A stretch of 64,000 bases of DNA from Candidatus Bathyarchaeia archaeon. GTDB lineage: Archaea; Thermoproteota; Bathyarchaeia; Bathyarchaeales; Bathycorpusculaceae. How positions within the stretch are numbered: position 1 is the first letter of the stretch; the number at the start of each line of letters is the position of its first letter. Made by a program: the position numbers and the translations under genes. The stretch lies in the NCBI GenBank assembly GCA_038882655.1, contig JAVZNT010000002.1, positions 64,001 to 128,000 on the forward strand, in the 5' to 3' direction. The notes under the pieces are model-generated. The model worked only from the letters and a program-made list of their open reading frames with translations, had not been told where the DNA came from and searched no databases. Shown in pieces: positions 48,473-58,461 of the stretch.

Positions 48473-49573
48473 TCACGTTATAAAGTTTATTAATCCCGCT
48501 TCTTTCGCGAGTTTAACAGCCTTATCCATCTCGTCTCTTGTCAGTCTTCTTCGCAACTCCGGTATTTCGTATGCCCGCCACTCCGGTCTGTATTGGAACA
48601 TGACGTTCACTCTGGTTTCTCTACCGAGGTTTTCGGCTATCCAATTTAATATGGGCTTTGTGCAGCATTCAAGATGGTTAGGCAAGACTAGAACACGTAT
48701 TATAAGTTCGCCATGCTTCTCGGCAATCAAATGGTTTCGGGTGCACACTTTCCAATAGTTTGGAGCCTCTGAAATTTTCTCGGCGCAGTATCCCGGTCCA
48801 TACTTAAAGTCCAGAAGGTAAACATCTGCAAAACCCACTAAAAGTTGGGCTGTTTCCCGGCTGTAATAAGTGTTTGAGTTCCAAACAACGGGTATGTTCA
48901 CATTCACATGCGCGAATGTTTCAAGCCACTGTTCCAGCCATGGTGTTGGCTCTCCACCAACAAGGTTTACGTTTCTGCACCCGCCTCTGCGTAGGTCTTC
49001 AACTTCATCTGCTAGTCTTTCCGGCTTGTACGGTTCTCCGTTTTCGATCCATTGGGATATTGTCCAGTTTTGGCAGTGCTTACAGCGCATAGTGCATCCC
49101 ATGGTGAATATTGTTCCAGAAGGCACAAGCTCTGGTTCTTCGCCTACATGTTCAAAAATGCTTGAAACGGTTATCTCTGTTCCACATTTGCAGAAGCCCC
49201 GCTCACCCACAAGCCTATTCACTTCGCACCTTCGAACGCAGAAGTGGCATTTTTTAAGCATACGCTTAGCAATGGCAATTTTGAGGTCTAGATAGGATTT
49301 TTCTGGCTTTGGCAGCACGTCCAAATTTTTCTTTTTTGCGTCAATTTCCCGTTCAAGTTCACAGAATTGCCCTGTAAGCTCCGCGTGGGCTTGCCAAAGT
49401 TCCTCCAACATAGCATCTTCTTTGAAGTCAGCTGGAAGCTTTTTAGCTATTAGGAACTTTGCTGGTTTCTCGTTCTGCACTACGGCGAAATACTTAGCTA
49501 GGCTTTTCCTCGCCATCTTGTCGTTCAGCACGGCAACGGCGTCTGGACGGATAATCCTCCACATCATACTCAA
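48473..49573 (-). CDS. Radical SAM protein, PflX-like
   Basis: CHFC.RRC, H.GEE..L, GCTMRCKHCQN, DFKYG, QYRP. Confidence 0.88.
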   Translation of the reverse strand: MSMMWRIIRPDAVAVLNDKMARKSLAKYFAVVQNEKPAKFLIAKKLPADFKEDAMLEELWQAHAELTGQFCELEREIDAKKKNLDVLPKPEKSYLDLKIAIAKRMLKKCHFCVRRCEVNRLVGERGFCKCGTEITVSSIFEHVGEEPELVPSGTIFTMGCTMRCKHCQNWTISQWIENGEPYKPERLADEVEDLRRGGCRNVNLVGGEPTPWLEQWLETFAHVNVNIPVVWNSNTYYSRETAQLLVGFADVYLLDFKYGPGYCAEKISEAPNYWKVCTRNHLIAEKHGELIIRVLVLPNHLECCTKPILNWIAENLGRETRVNVMFQYRPEWRAYEIPELRRRLTRDEMDKAVKLAKEAGLINFIT

Positions 49574-49597
49574 CCAAAATTTAAGGCGAGAAAACCA

Positions 49598-50653
49598 TTA
49601 AAAAAGCGCATAAGGATAAGCGTAACCATTGGCATGTAATCTTCCCTTAATTGGAATTTCCCGCCCACACACCGGACAGCGCATGTCCTTAGTCAAGTTC
49701 CACCTTGTAATCTCAAAGCTGAAGCGTTTAATCAAGAGTTCATTGCAACTTGGACAATAAGTGTTCTCAGCTGGGTGTCCAGGCACATTTCCAATGTAAA
49801 CATAGTTTAAGCCAACGCTTTTAACAGCAGCATAAGCCTTCTCCAAAGTTTCGATGGGCGTTGAAGGAATATTTGTAAGTTGATACTCTGGATGGAAACG
49901 CAACAAGTGGAAAGGAGTGCCCTCCCCAAGATTTTCTCTTATCCAAGTCGCCAAATCCTTTATCCTCTCGATGGAATCTCCTATTTTCGGCACAACCAAA
50001 TTAGTAATTTCAATGTGAATGTTGCTTCTTTTCATCTCTTTTAAAGACTCGTAGATGGGCTCAACTGATGGAACAGCGGAAAAAACTCTGTAGAAGTCAG
50101 GGTCGCCACCACCCTTAAAATCTACAGTTGCAGCGTCAAGATACGGCGCTATTGTCTTAACCGCCTCGGGCGCCATGTACCCATTTGTAACAAAAGTATT
50201 AAAGAAACCCACTTGATGCGCAAGTTTAGCCGTTTCATACGCATATTCAAAAAATATTGTTGGCTCAGTATATGTGTAGCTTATCCCTTGGCATCCGTTA
50301 TCTCTAGTAACCCTAACAACCTCTTCTGGCGGAAAATCTCTTCCGGCAATATTCTTTTCCTGACTTATAATCCAATTATCGCAGAACTGGCAGCAGAAGT
50401 TACAGCCAATTGTGGCAATAGACATGACAGACGACCCGGGATGGAAATGCGAAAGTGGCTTCTTGCCAATTGGGTCTACGCAAGCTGATATTGCCTTTCC
50501 ATAAACAAGCGAGTAAAGAGTCCCTCCATCATTCTTTCTAACAAGACAGAAACCGGTTCCACCGTTGTTTATTGTGCACCTTCTACCGCATAGATTACAC
50601 TTAACCTTCTTACCATCAAGCTTCTCGTAAAGCATGGCTTCTCGCATTTTCAT
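49598..50653 (-). CDS. amrS: AmmeMemoRadiSam system radical SAM enzyme
   Basis: CNLC.RRC, DPIGKKPL.HF.PG, GCNFCCQFCDN, YTYTEP, RFHP.Y. Confidence 0.9.
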   Translation of the reverse strand: MKMREAMLYEKLDGKKVKCNLCGRRCTINNGGTGFCLVRKNDGGTLYSLVYGKAISACVDPIGKKPLSHFHPGSSVMSIATIGCNFCCQFCDNWIISQEKNIAGRDFPPEEVVRVTRDNGCQGISYTYTEPTIFFEYAYETAKLAHQVGFFNTFVTNGYMAPEAVKTIAPYLDAATVDFKGGGDPDFYRVFSAVPSVEPIYESLKEMKRSNIHIEITNLVVPKIGDSIERIKDLATWIRENLGEGTPFHLLRFHPEYQLTNIPSTPIETLEKAYAAVKSVGLNYVYIGNVPGHPAENTYCPSCNELLIKRFSFEITRWNLTKDMRCPVCGREIPIKGRLHANGYAYPYALF

Positions 50654-50937
50654 CTCTCCTCTATATGAAAACCATTGTTATTAAACCCTATACTTAACTC
50701 TCTATAGGCGGCTCTAAACCCCCTTTTATGTCCATCAGTTACTATTAGCTCAGCCTCGCGAAGCTTTTTCAGATGAAAGGATATTGTTGTGGCTGAAACT
50801 GGCTTGGGAAGAATTTTCTCTATCTCATTAATTGTTTTGGCTGCTGGATACGCTTGCAAAAGATATCTAAGTATTCTCGTTCTTGTAGGGTCGCTTAGGG
50901 CTTCGCATATTTTGTGGCCGTTAAACTGTTTAGACAA
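50650..50937 (-). CDS. ArsR-family HTH regulator
   Basis: ALSDPTRTRIL, TISFHLKKLREAELI; probable TTG start. Confidence 0.82.
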   Translation of the reverse strand: MSKQFNGHKICEALSDPTRTRILRYLLQAYPAAKTINEIEKILPKPVSATTISFHLKKLREAELIVTDGHKRGFRAAYRELSIGFNNNGFHIEER

Positions 50938-51030
50938 GTATATCACTATTTTAATATGAAAATGCAAAAATTTAAGCTTTTCAATTCCTAGCAAAACCTA
51001 GCAAAATTCATGCAAGACTTTCCATTGGCT

Positions 51031-51630
51031 TTATTGAGGCTGTTTAATTTCAAAAACAAATGGCGGAGTAAAAGTTTTTACATCCAACTCCACATTTAGC
51101 AAGCCTTCTAGAAATCCAGCCCAAATTTCAGATTCGCTTATAAACGGAGCTTTTATCAAAAGGTACTTGTCTTTTAGGTAGAAGTCTCCAAAGCCTTGAA
51201 CCCTAAGGCGTTTGAAGACCTCCTGCCACTTTTCACGGTTTGATGTGTGTATGCCTAACGTGGCTTCTATAGAAACTTTCGTTGCCTCGCCCATTTTGCG
51301 CCCCAATTCCCTCCATTTTTCCTTTGGAATGTTTTGAATTAATATGTTTACTAGTTCTATGTTTAGGAAGGCTATGCGGCTTATCCCGCAATAATATTCG
51401 CCTGGAAAGCGCCAATCGTAAACCATCATGCTTCTATAAACGTCAAGCATCTTTGAAATAAGTGGTTTTATGCCGGGCTCCTTGCCCTCCCTGATTAGCT
51501 TGTCAATAAACTCACGTTCCTCTTTACCCAGAATTATTGTTGTCCTTTTTGATGAACCCTTACCTTTATTTAGAATTTCTTCTATGCGCTCCTCTTTTTC
51601 ATTCCGCATAATTAGTATATCTTCAAGCAT
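51031..51630 (-). CDS. Hypothetical protein (possible RHH-like N-terminus and V4R-like C-terminus)
   Basis: RTTIIL..EER..IDKLI; ELGRKMGE...GFG. Confidence 0.7.
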   Translation of the reverse strand: MLEDILIMRNEKEERIEEILNKGKGSSKRTTIILGKEEREFIDKLIREGKEPGIKPLISKMLDVYRSMMVYDWRFPGEYYCGISRIAFLNIELVNILIQNIPKEKWRELGRKMGEATKVSIEATLGIHTSNREKWQEVFKRLRVQGFGDFYLKDKYLLIKAPFISESEIWAGFLEGLLNVELDVKTFTPPFVFEIKQPQ

Positions 51631-51708
51631 ACTTTATATGCTTTGTTCCGTACCAGAAAAACAATTACAACCGAACTACTTTTTAACAACTTACACAGCA
51701 TAATTTAT

Positions 51709-51766
51709 TGCCGATGAAGAGCTCTGAAACGCTGAAAAGATGATGCTCCCTGGGGTATCTGAGGCA
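51709..51766 (+). ncRNA. Box C/D sRNA (2'-O-methylation guide)
   Basis: Stem TGCC/GGCA; C ATGAAGA 51714; D' CTGA 51732; C' ATGATG 51740; D CTGA 51759; 11-13 nt guides. Confidence 0.8.
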
Positions 51767-51779
51767 TAAACACTCTATT

Positions 51780-52025
51780 TTAAGAAATCACTTTTTTCTT
51801 AATCAAGAACAGCATAAGCGCCAAGCCAGCTAGGAAAACTATGAAACCAGAAACAACTGAGACAACATAGTTTAAATCTAAAGCTTTGAAGAGCACTAGA
51901 ACCACGTAGGGTCCGCCAAACGTTAAAAGTGCAGAGAACAACGTGAGCGAAACTCGCCAAAACCTCGAATTCAAATCAAATCTAATAGTTTTTCTTTCTC
52001 CACTTTTTCCTTCATTTCCACTCAT
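51780..52025 (-). CDS. Small membrane protein (2 TM)
   Basis: Two hydrophobic helices, GGPY turn. Confidence 0.7.
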   Translation of the reverse strand: MSGNEGKSGERKTIRFDLNSRFWRVSLTLFSALLTFGGPYVVLVLFKALDLNYVVSVVSGFIVFLAGLALMLFLIKKKVIS

Positions 52026-52074
52026 ATTTCATCAATCCTTAATTTTGATATGCAGCATTTAACGAGTAATTTCC

Positions 52075-52719
52075 TTATAACCCTTCCTTAACCTCATTCC
52101 TTAATACTTTCATTAGGAACTTGAAAACCGAGAATCCCGCTCCACGATCAGCCTTAAACCCCGTCGTTGCTCCTAAAAGGCATATGCCGTCTATGCCATG
52201 TTCTTTTGCCATTCCAAGCATGAGTCCAGTAGCTCCAGCGATTCTCCCTTTGCTGTATAGTATGGCGCCTTTTTCCATAAACTCCATTGCCAGCCGGGGT
52301 GAAGTGGCTGCAATATAAACTTGCGATGTGTTTTCTGCAGTTGGAATTCCACCCATTGTTATGAATAAGCGGCAGCTGTGCTTAATAGCAAAATTCAGTA
52401 TTTCACCACATAACTCATAGTGGGCAACAACATCCTCAAAAGAAGGTTGCGCATCACCAGTTAATATTATGAAGTCGTTCTTCTCCATTGGCGCGGCATA
52501 AAATTCGTATTTTGGCAAACGGCAAACACCACCAGAATCAACAGAAGCATAGTCTGGAAAGTAGGGTGCATACAATTCCGCAAATGGCTTAGCTCCACAA
52601 AACTTTATCAGAAGATGAGCTGCAATCTTCCCAACATTACCAAACCCGGGTAACCCTTGAACAAAAATGGGATTCTCCAGCACAGGAGCAAAAATCTGGC
52701 GGAAATATGGCTTGTCCAT
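52075..52719 (-). CDS. PAC2-family proteasome assembly chaperone
   Basis: GLPGFGNVGKIAA, LTGDAQP, ITMGG, CLLG.T.G. Confidence 0.88.
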   Translation of the reverse strand: MDKPYFRQIFAPVLENPIFVQGLPGFGNVGKIAAHLLIKFCGAKPFAELYAPYFPDYASVDSGGVCRLPKYEFYAAPMEKNDFIILTGDAQPSFEDVVAHYELCGEILNFAIKHSCRLFITMGGIPTAENTSQVYIAATSPRLAMEFMEKGAILYSKGRIAGATGLMLGMAKEHGIDGICLLGATTGFKADRGAGFSVFKFLMKVLRNEVKEGL

Positions 52720-52808
52720 GGCTAACCGCGCTTGATAGGGTCAATTGCAATAATAAAGGTTTCTGGTTTCCTAAAAGGATTTAAGAAAGTTTGTTTCAGC
52801 ATACAAGT

Positions 52809-52887
52809 AGCGGGGTGGGGTAGCCAGGATTAACCCGCTGGGCTCATAACCCAGAGATCGGTCGTTCAAATCGACCCCCCGCTACCA
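52809..52887 (+). tRNA. Initiator tRNA-Met (CAT), intronless, CCA encoded
   Basis: A1-U72 acceptor AGCGGGG/CCCCGCT, anticodon stem CTGGG/CCCAG with three G-C pairs, T-loop TTCAAAT. Confidence 0.97.
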
Positions 52888-52949
52888 TTTTGATAAGCTT
52901 CATTATAAAGAAATACGTGAAAATGTGGAATGTTGTGCTAGTTCATGCA

Positions 52950-53189
52950 TTAAAGTGTTTCTGGTCGCGTTAGAAGCTCATTTAAAGACTCCTCAGAAAA
53001 AACTATTTGTCCATTTATTGTCAATATTTCACACTGAAGAAGGTAATTCCACAATCTTAGCTCAGCAGCATTTTGCCGCAAAGTTTGCTTGAGCTTTTCT
53101 AGAATAATGCTTCTTTCCGAATCTGGTACTTCTAAAAGGTTTACGTTCTTTTTGCTTTTCCTGCTTTTTGCATTCATGCTGCAGTTCAC
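52950..53189 (-). CDS. Hypothetical protein
   Basis: 79-aa ORF divergent from the radical SAM gene; no motif recognised. Confidence 0.5.
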   Translation of the reverse strand: MNCSMNAKSRKSKKNVNLLEVPDSERSIILEKLKQTLRQNAAELRLWNYLLQCEILTINGQIVFSEESLNELLTRPETL

Positions 53190-53337
53190 CGAGATTTCAT
53201 GTCGTGTATCTTAATAAATTGGTTCCTTCGTATCCGGAATGTATCGTACATGGATATATGCATTTAAACCGGCAGAAAGTTTGGGAAAAATTATAAGTGG
53301 CTTGTGTTTGGATACATAGTTTGTAAAGTGAACAACC

Positions 53338-54861
53338 ATGCAACTTGATACCATCGAAAATGTTTTGCTCTCGGTGACTGTGAATCCGTTACTTAAGGAG
53401 TTGATTGGACGATTTGATGTGGAATGCCCAGAGGACGGAAGTCTGCTTCTCAACTCTTTAAAGGACTTCCTAGGAGAGCCTGTTTCCCTTTGCCCAACAT
53501 GTCAGCACATAAGCCACCGCATTGCCAGACCATTTTATAATATTGGAAGTCGTTTCTTAAAAGCAGACAAAAATTTCATGAAGAGACAATTTGTAAAGAG
53601 CGAATATGGAGGAGCATGGTTTAAAGGCTTCGGTTTGATGATGAGAGGTATAAAAAAGTTTGGCATACGTATACCATTTGTCCCAGCTGGACCCTTTGAA
53701 ATTGTCTGGAACTTTACATATAAATGCAATCTCAAGTGTAAACATTGTTATGAAAATGCGGGAGCTGGAAAACTTCCAGAGTTATCGACAGACGAGGCGA
53801 AACAAGCTATTGATACTTTTTCAAAAATTGCTGGGGTTGGCTTACCAGCCTTGTCCTTCAGCGGAGGCGAACCCTTAGCGAGGAGAGATTTCTTTGAACT
53901 GGCGGCGTACGCCAAAAAGCGAATCCCGTATGTTAGTATAGCCTCAAACGGAACATTGCTGACAAAAGATAACGCAAAGAAGGTTAGAGACGCTGGTGTG
54001 GATTATGTGGAGATAAGCATAGATGGCGCATCATCGGCGGTACATGATGAGTTTAGGGGCATACTCGGGGCCTTCGAAAAGGCTATGCAAGGAGTCAAAA
54101 ACTGTGTCGAAGAAGGCATAGACACATGCATAGCCACGGTTTTGCATAGAGACAACCTTGCAGAGACAGAGAAAATTCTACAATTAGCCAAGGAGTTAGA
54201 CGTACGTTTTATGCATTTCAATTATATCCCAACAGGAAGAGCAAAAGAGCATGTAGAATTAGACTTAACGCCAGAGCAACGTCTTCACATTTTACAAGCA
54301 ATAGGCAAGGAAATAATCACTTTATATTTGCAAGCCAAAGAAGAAGAGCTGAAAACCGGAAAATCAAGCATCACCGTTGACAGATTTTTCAGCACTTGCC
54401 CACAGTACGCAAGTGTTACTAAGGAGTTGTCTCAACAGATTGGGCACAAATTCATGGTTGAGGCTCATTACGCTGCAAAAAAAGGTGTCGAAAATATTGC
54501 AAACTTCCTTGGTGGATGTGGGGCTGGACGCTTATACTGTGCAGTTGAGCCTAACGGTGATATAAAGCCATGCGTATTTTTCCCAACAAATAAAAACACG
54601 GTTTTAGGCAACATTTTAAGGGACAACTTTGAAAGCATTTGGGATAATGATCCATTACTATGGGGATTACGAACAAGAGAAAACCTTGAAACCTACATTA
54701 TAAATGGCAAAGAAGTTGGCTGTGGCGTTTGCTCAGATAAGTATATTTGTGGAGGCTGCAGAGCGAGAGCCTATAGCTACTTTAATGGGAACGTGAAGGC
54801 TCCAGACATTGGCTGTATCCACAATAAACCATTATGGGAAAAAATAGTGAACCGAAAGTAA
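53338..54861 (+). CDS. Radical SAM/SPASM domain protein
   Basis: CNLKCKHC, FSGGEP; SPASM CGAG...PC...CGVC...CGGCRARA...C. Confidence 0.92.
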   Translation: MQLDTIENVLLSVTVNPLLKELIGRFDVECPEDGSLLLNSLKDFLGEPVSLCPTCQHISHRIARPFYNIGSRFLKADKNFMKRQFVKSEYGGAWFKGFGLMMRGIKKFGIRIPFVPAGPFEIVWNFTYKCNLKCKHCYENAGAGKLPELSTDEAKQAIDTFSKIAGVGLPALSFSGGEPLARRDFFELAAYAKKRIPYVSIASNGTLLTKDNAKKVRDAGVDYVEISIDGASSAVHDEFRGILGAFEKAMQGVKNCVEEGIDTCIATVLHRDNLAETEKILQLAKELDVRFMHFNYIPTGRAKEHVELDLTPEQRLHILQAIGKEIITLYLQAKEEELKTGKSSITVDRFFSTCPQYASVTKELSQQIGHKFMVEAHYAAKKGVENIANFLGGCGAGRLYCAVEPNGDIKPCVFFPTNKNTVLGNILRDNFESIWDNDPLLWGLRTRENLETYIINGKEVGCGVCSDKYICGGCRARAYSYFNGNVKAPDIGCIHNKPLWEKIVNRK

Positions 54862-54878
54862 TAATTTCGTGAATGCAA

Positions 54879-55076
54879 TTATGCTTTGCCTTTTTCTTCT
54901 TTGCCAAAATAGGTTGTCCATTTAAGTTTGCGGGCATCCCTCTTAAGTTTTAGGGAGTTTTTTCTGCACTTGCTTGAGCAGAACCAGAAAATTGTACCAT
55001 CGTTTTTAACGTATATCATGCCCGTGCCGTGTGGGAATTCGTTGCCGCAAAATGAGCATTTCCTAAGTTTTGGCAA
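54879..55076 (-). CDS. rpl24e: 50S ribosomal protein eL24
   Basis: CSFCG..F.HGTG..YVKNDG..FCSSKC. Confidence 0.95.
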   Translation of the reverse strand: MPKLRKCSFCGNEFPHGTGMIYVKNDGTIFWFCSSKCRKNSLKLKRDARKLKWTTYFGKEEKGKA

Positions 55077-55100
55077 AAAGAATCCCTCCAGCGTTATTTT

Positions 55101-55331
55101 CTATCTTGTTATTTTCTTTGCTTCCCTCTCTGTTTCTCTAAGCATTAAAATGTCTTGCACACGCACTGGACCCTTAACGTTACGCGTTATGATTCGTCCC
55201 TTGTCTTTACCTTCCAGAATGCGTACTCTCACTTGTGTAATTTCGCCTGTTACGCCTGTCCTTCCGATTATTTGAATTACTTCAGCTGGAGTTAGCTCTT
55301 CTTCGGCTTCCGAAGTTTTTTCCTTACTCAT
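55101..55331 (-). CDS. rps28e: 30S ribosomal protein eS28
   Basis: [32 protein letters not shown]. Confidence 0.96.
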   Translation of the reverse strand: MSKEKTSEAEEELTPAEVIQIIGRTGVTGEITQVRVRILEGKDKGRIITRNVKGPVRVQDILMLRETEREAKKITR

Positions 55332-55711
55332 TACTTAGCTCCTTTCCTAACTTGTTCAACTCGCTTTATTATTTCTTTAACTAGCCCTCCAGCGTCCCCT
55401 TCTGTAACTATACAGACTGAAGCGGCGGGGACATCTATCCCAACAGCGTCGCCAAGTTTCTCTTTGCTCGGCACATAAACATAGGGAATTTTCCTTTCTT
55501 CACAGAGAAGGGGCAAATGTGCCACAACTTCTGGTGGATCAACGTCTTCTGCTATAACCACAAGTTTTGCTTGTCCTCTTTCGATAGCTTTTGTAGTTTC
55601 ATTTGTTCCTTTTCTCACGGTTCCTGTTTTTGCGGCTATTTGTAGGGCTTCATAGGCCGCATCTGCAACTTCTTTTGGAACCTCAAATTTTACGTAGAAT
55701 GGTTTGGACAT
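55331..55711 (-). CDS. rpl7ae: Ribosomal/sRNP protein L7Ae
   Basis: [28 protein letters not shown]. Confidence 0.97.
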   Translation of the reverse strand: MSKPFYVKFEVPKEVADAAYEALQIAAKTGTVRKGTNETTKAIERGQAKLVVIAEDVDPPEVVAHLPLLCEERKIPYVYVPSKEKLGDAVGIDVPAASVCIVTEGDAGGLVKEIIKRVEQVRKGAK

Positions 55712-55875
55712 AAGCCTCACCCTCACCCTTCAAATGCACAGTTTAATCAACAACACCTATTTATGAATGTTTCGACTAAACCGGCGAAAATTCTTCTATA
55801 CGCAAGGTAACGTAGAAAGGTTTAAATAACATGTTACGTTTGAACCTTTCTGTTTTTCGAGGGGAATATAAAAGG

Positions 55876-56124
55876 TTGATTAGGCTGGGTCGAGCACTCC
55901 ATATAAGTTCAAGTAAAAATGTTATAGTAAAGGTTGAGAACACTCCAAAAATAGGCGAGATCGTGGTTGATGAAAATTTAAAAGATGTTGGCGAAGTCTT
56001 TGATATTTTTGGTCCGGTTTCCTCGCCATATGTGGCTGTGAAAACAAAAGTTGCTAAGCCCGAAGTTCTGGTTAACAAAGTGCTGTATGTTCTCCCCTCG
56101 AAAAAGGGAAAGGAGAGAAAGTAG
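55876..56124 (+). CDS. gar1: H/ACA RNP protein Gar1
   Basis: G.V.DIFGPVSSPY; typical position upstream of tfb. Confidence 0.88.
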   Translation: MIRLGRALHISSSKNVIVKVENTPKIGEIVVDENLKDVGEVFDIFGPVSSPYVAVKTKVAKPEVLVNKVLYVLPSKKGKERK

Positions 56125-57084
56125 ATGGATGATGCGGATGTTGGGGATTCAAGCCCAACATCAACTGCTCAGCAGGCTAAAGTGCAGTCGTGCCCTGAGT
56201 GTGGCAGCACAAGATTGATGCGGGATTATGAATGTGCAGAACTTGTCTGCATGGATTGTGGCTACGTCATAGCCGCAAAAATAGCTGATAGAGGGCCCGA
56301 ATGGCGTGCGTTTGACGACGAACAACGAGCAAAAAGAACTAGGGTTGGAGCCCCATTAACTTACACGATTCATGATAAAGGCTTATCAACAATGATTGAC
56401 TGGCATGACAGAGACATTTATGGGAAAGGCTTATCCCCAGGACAAAAAGCTCAAGTTTATCGCCTTAGGAAATGGCAACGGCGTATAAGGGTTTCAGATG
56501 CTACTGAACGCAACCTAGCCTTTGCATTGTCTGAAATAACAAAAATAGCCAACAACTTAAATCTTCCAAAGAACATTTTAGAAACAGCATCCCTAATTTA
56601 TAGAAAAGCTGTTAAAGAAAGGCTCATAAGAGGTAGGTCGATTCAAGGGGTTACGTCAGCAGCGATTTATTTGGCTTGTAGGCAGTGTGGCTTGCCCAGA
56701 ACTTTAGAAGAGATAGCCCAAGCATCAAGTGTGAACAAAAAAGAGGTGGGACGCAGTTACCGCTTCTTGATAAAGGAATTAAACTATTTCATTCCACCCC
56801 TAAAACCAAGCCAATATATAACTAAATTCTCAAATCAGCTGACAATGCAAGGCAAAGTTGAGGAAATAGCTCACAAAATTTTGGCAGCAGCAAAAGAGCT
56901 AAAACTCACATCTGGGCGAGGCCCAACTGGCATTGCGGCAGCCGCGAGCTACATAGCTTCAGTGCTTACCGGAGAAAGGAAAACCCAGAGAGAGATTGCT
57001 GAAATAGCCCAGGTGACGGAAGTTACGATTAGGAACCGTTATAAAGAACTTGTTGAGCGATTAATGTTTCAAATGAGCCTCTAA
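56125..57084 (+). CDS. tfb: Transcription initiation factor IIB
   Basis: CPECG Zn ribbon, GPEWRAF, two cyclin repeats, [13 protein letters not shown]. Confidence 0.97.
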   Translation: MDDADVGDSSPTSTAQQAKVQSCPECGSTRLMRDYECAELVCMDCGYVIAAKIADRGPEWRAFDDEQRAKRTRVGAPLTYTIHDKGLSTMIDWHDRDIYGKGLSPGQKAQVYRLRKWQRRIRVSDATERNLAFALSEITKIANNLNLPKNILETASLIYRKAVKERLIRGRSIQGVTSAAIYLACRQCGLPRTLEEIAQASSVNKKEVGRSYRFLIKELNYFIPPLKPSQYITKFSNQLTMQGKVEEIAHKILAAAKELKLTSGRGPTGIAAAASYIASVLTGERKTQREIAEIAQVTEVTIRNRYKELVERLMFQMSL

Positions 57085-57098
57085 GTGTCTAAAGAACG

Positions 57099-57401
57099 TT
57101 AGAAAAGCTCCTCCTCTTCTTGTTGGCAACATCCCTCCTCAACTTCCTCTTTTTCCACCTCGCCGCCCATAATTTTTGGAACAGTTCCGCTTAGCTCTTC
57201 TAGGATGTCTTCTGGGATTTTATTCATTAAACTCTTAATTTCTTCCTTAAGCTTGTTAACCTCTACCTCTAAGGTCTTGGCTCTTTCGCTTAACTCCAAA
57301 ACCTCCTTGAGCTTATCCCTCTCCTCTAAAAGTGCACGCCTCTCCTCCTCTAATGCCCTAATTTTATCCTCCAACTTTGCTTTCGTTTCGGCAACTCGCA
57401 T
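57099..57401 (-). CDS. Coiled-coil hypothetical protein with acidic tail
   Basis: Heptad-rich helix; GGTG RBS before ATG 57401. Confidence 0.72.
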   Translation of the reverse strand: MRVAETKAKLEDKIRALEEERRALLEERDKLKEVLELSERAKTLEVEVNKLKEEIKSLMNKIPEDILEELSGTVPKIMGGEVEKEEVEEGCCQQEEEELF

Positions 57402-57504
57402 TTTACACCACCAATTTAATGCATTAATGTCTCTGCAGATTAATAATTTGCTACAAAACACATTTTAGTCTCTTAGAGGCAATTCTTATAATAGGGGTTA
57501 TAGT

Positions 57505-57921
57505 TTGGTTAAGTGTCCGAAATGCGGAGGAGGGGTTGTTGCCCCCATTAAGACATGGACTATTTCTCCGCGAAAACCAGTAGAAGGTGCACCAAAGCTC
57601 ATGGGAATTTTTGAGTGCCCCAGTTGCAAGGCTAGGTTCAGAGCAGTTATCGAATCTGACGCGAGGGTTGAAGAGACAGTAAGTATTAAAAACATGGTTG
57701 AAAGAATTAAAGTCATTAAGGGTGAACTTATGCAAACCTTGAAAAACTTGCGGGAGAAAATAAAAACTTTGGAAACTGAACGCGCAAACCTCATGATCGA
57801 AATTGAAAAATTGAAGAAGGCAGCAGAGTCGAGAGTTAGCGCGCTTGAAAGCGAAGTGAACATGTTGCGAGAGGAAGTAAAATCCTTAAGAGAACTTCTC
57901 GGCTACACGGAGGAGAAGTAA
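57505..57921 (+). CDS. Cren7-like Zn-binding domain fused to a coiled coil
   Basis: KCPKCG...P.KTW.ISP...MGIFECPSC.ARFR, then ~80 aa heptad repeat. Confidence 0.75.
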   Translation: MVKCPKCGGGVVAPIKTWTISPRKPVEGAPKLMGIFECPSCKARFRAVIESDARVEETVSIKNMVERIKVIKGELMQTLKNLREKIKTLETERANLMIEIEKLKKAAESRVSALESEVNMLREEVKSLRELLGYTEEK

Positions 57922-57958
57922 AAATAACAGTGAATATAACGCAGCTACGCGTTACAGT

Positions 57959-58360
57959 TTAAGATTGCAAGAACTTTCTGTAATATTCCTGAGCCTTTGC
58001 CACGGCTTTTTCCGGGTTCTTCAAGATGGGATAACTTGCTTCAGGTGAGAGTTTCTCACATTTGCTGAAGTATTCGATAACTTTTTTGACGTTTCCCTCG
58101 TAGATTGCCAGACCTCCAGCAATTTGGTACCATAGCTTCGCCCTAGTGACATCCTTTTCCTTTTCAAATTTCTTAGCATTTTCTACTGCTTCTTCCATGG
58201 AGATGCTGACTTTTCTCGGATCAAGAAACATTACATTAAACAAAGCTTCATATGTTTCTTTATCACTTCCGCACAGTTTCTCAAGTTCAGTTATCCGTCT
58301 AGCTTCAACAGTTGCAGTTTTTGCTCCCTCTTTCTTTTTCCTTCTAAATATGCCTAGCAC
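57959..58360 (-). CDS. Hypothetical helical (TPR-like) protein
   Basis: GGAGG RBS, GTG start. Confidence 0.72.
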   Translation of the reverse strand: MLGIFRRKKKEGAKTATVEARRITELEKLCGSDKETYEALFNVMFLDPRKVSISMEEAVENAKKFEKEKDVTRAKLWYQIAGGLAIYEGNVKKVIEYFSKCEKLSPEASYPILKNPEKAVAKAQEYYRKFLQS

Positions 58361-58461
58361 CCATAATCTTCCTCCTTTAACTCTCCTCTACTAAGTTCTA
58401 CGATTGATTACGCATTTATGCAATGATTAACTTTAAAGGTTTGCCCGCGTATATGTGCTTT

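Noticed and set aside
50987-51006. Tandem 10-bp repeat CCTAGCAAAA x2 upstream of the ArsR gene
   Set aside because: Only two copies of a short AT-rich unit; could be an operator but is not distinguishable from chance.
52860-54870. tRNA-integrated mobile element
   Set aside because: No integrase and no second copy of the tRNA 3' end seen in the window.
55794-55817. Hairpin upstream of gar1 as an H/ACA RNA
   Set aside because: Short imperfect stem with no K-turn or ACA box; it overlaps the divergent promoters.
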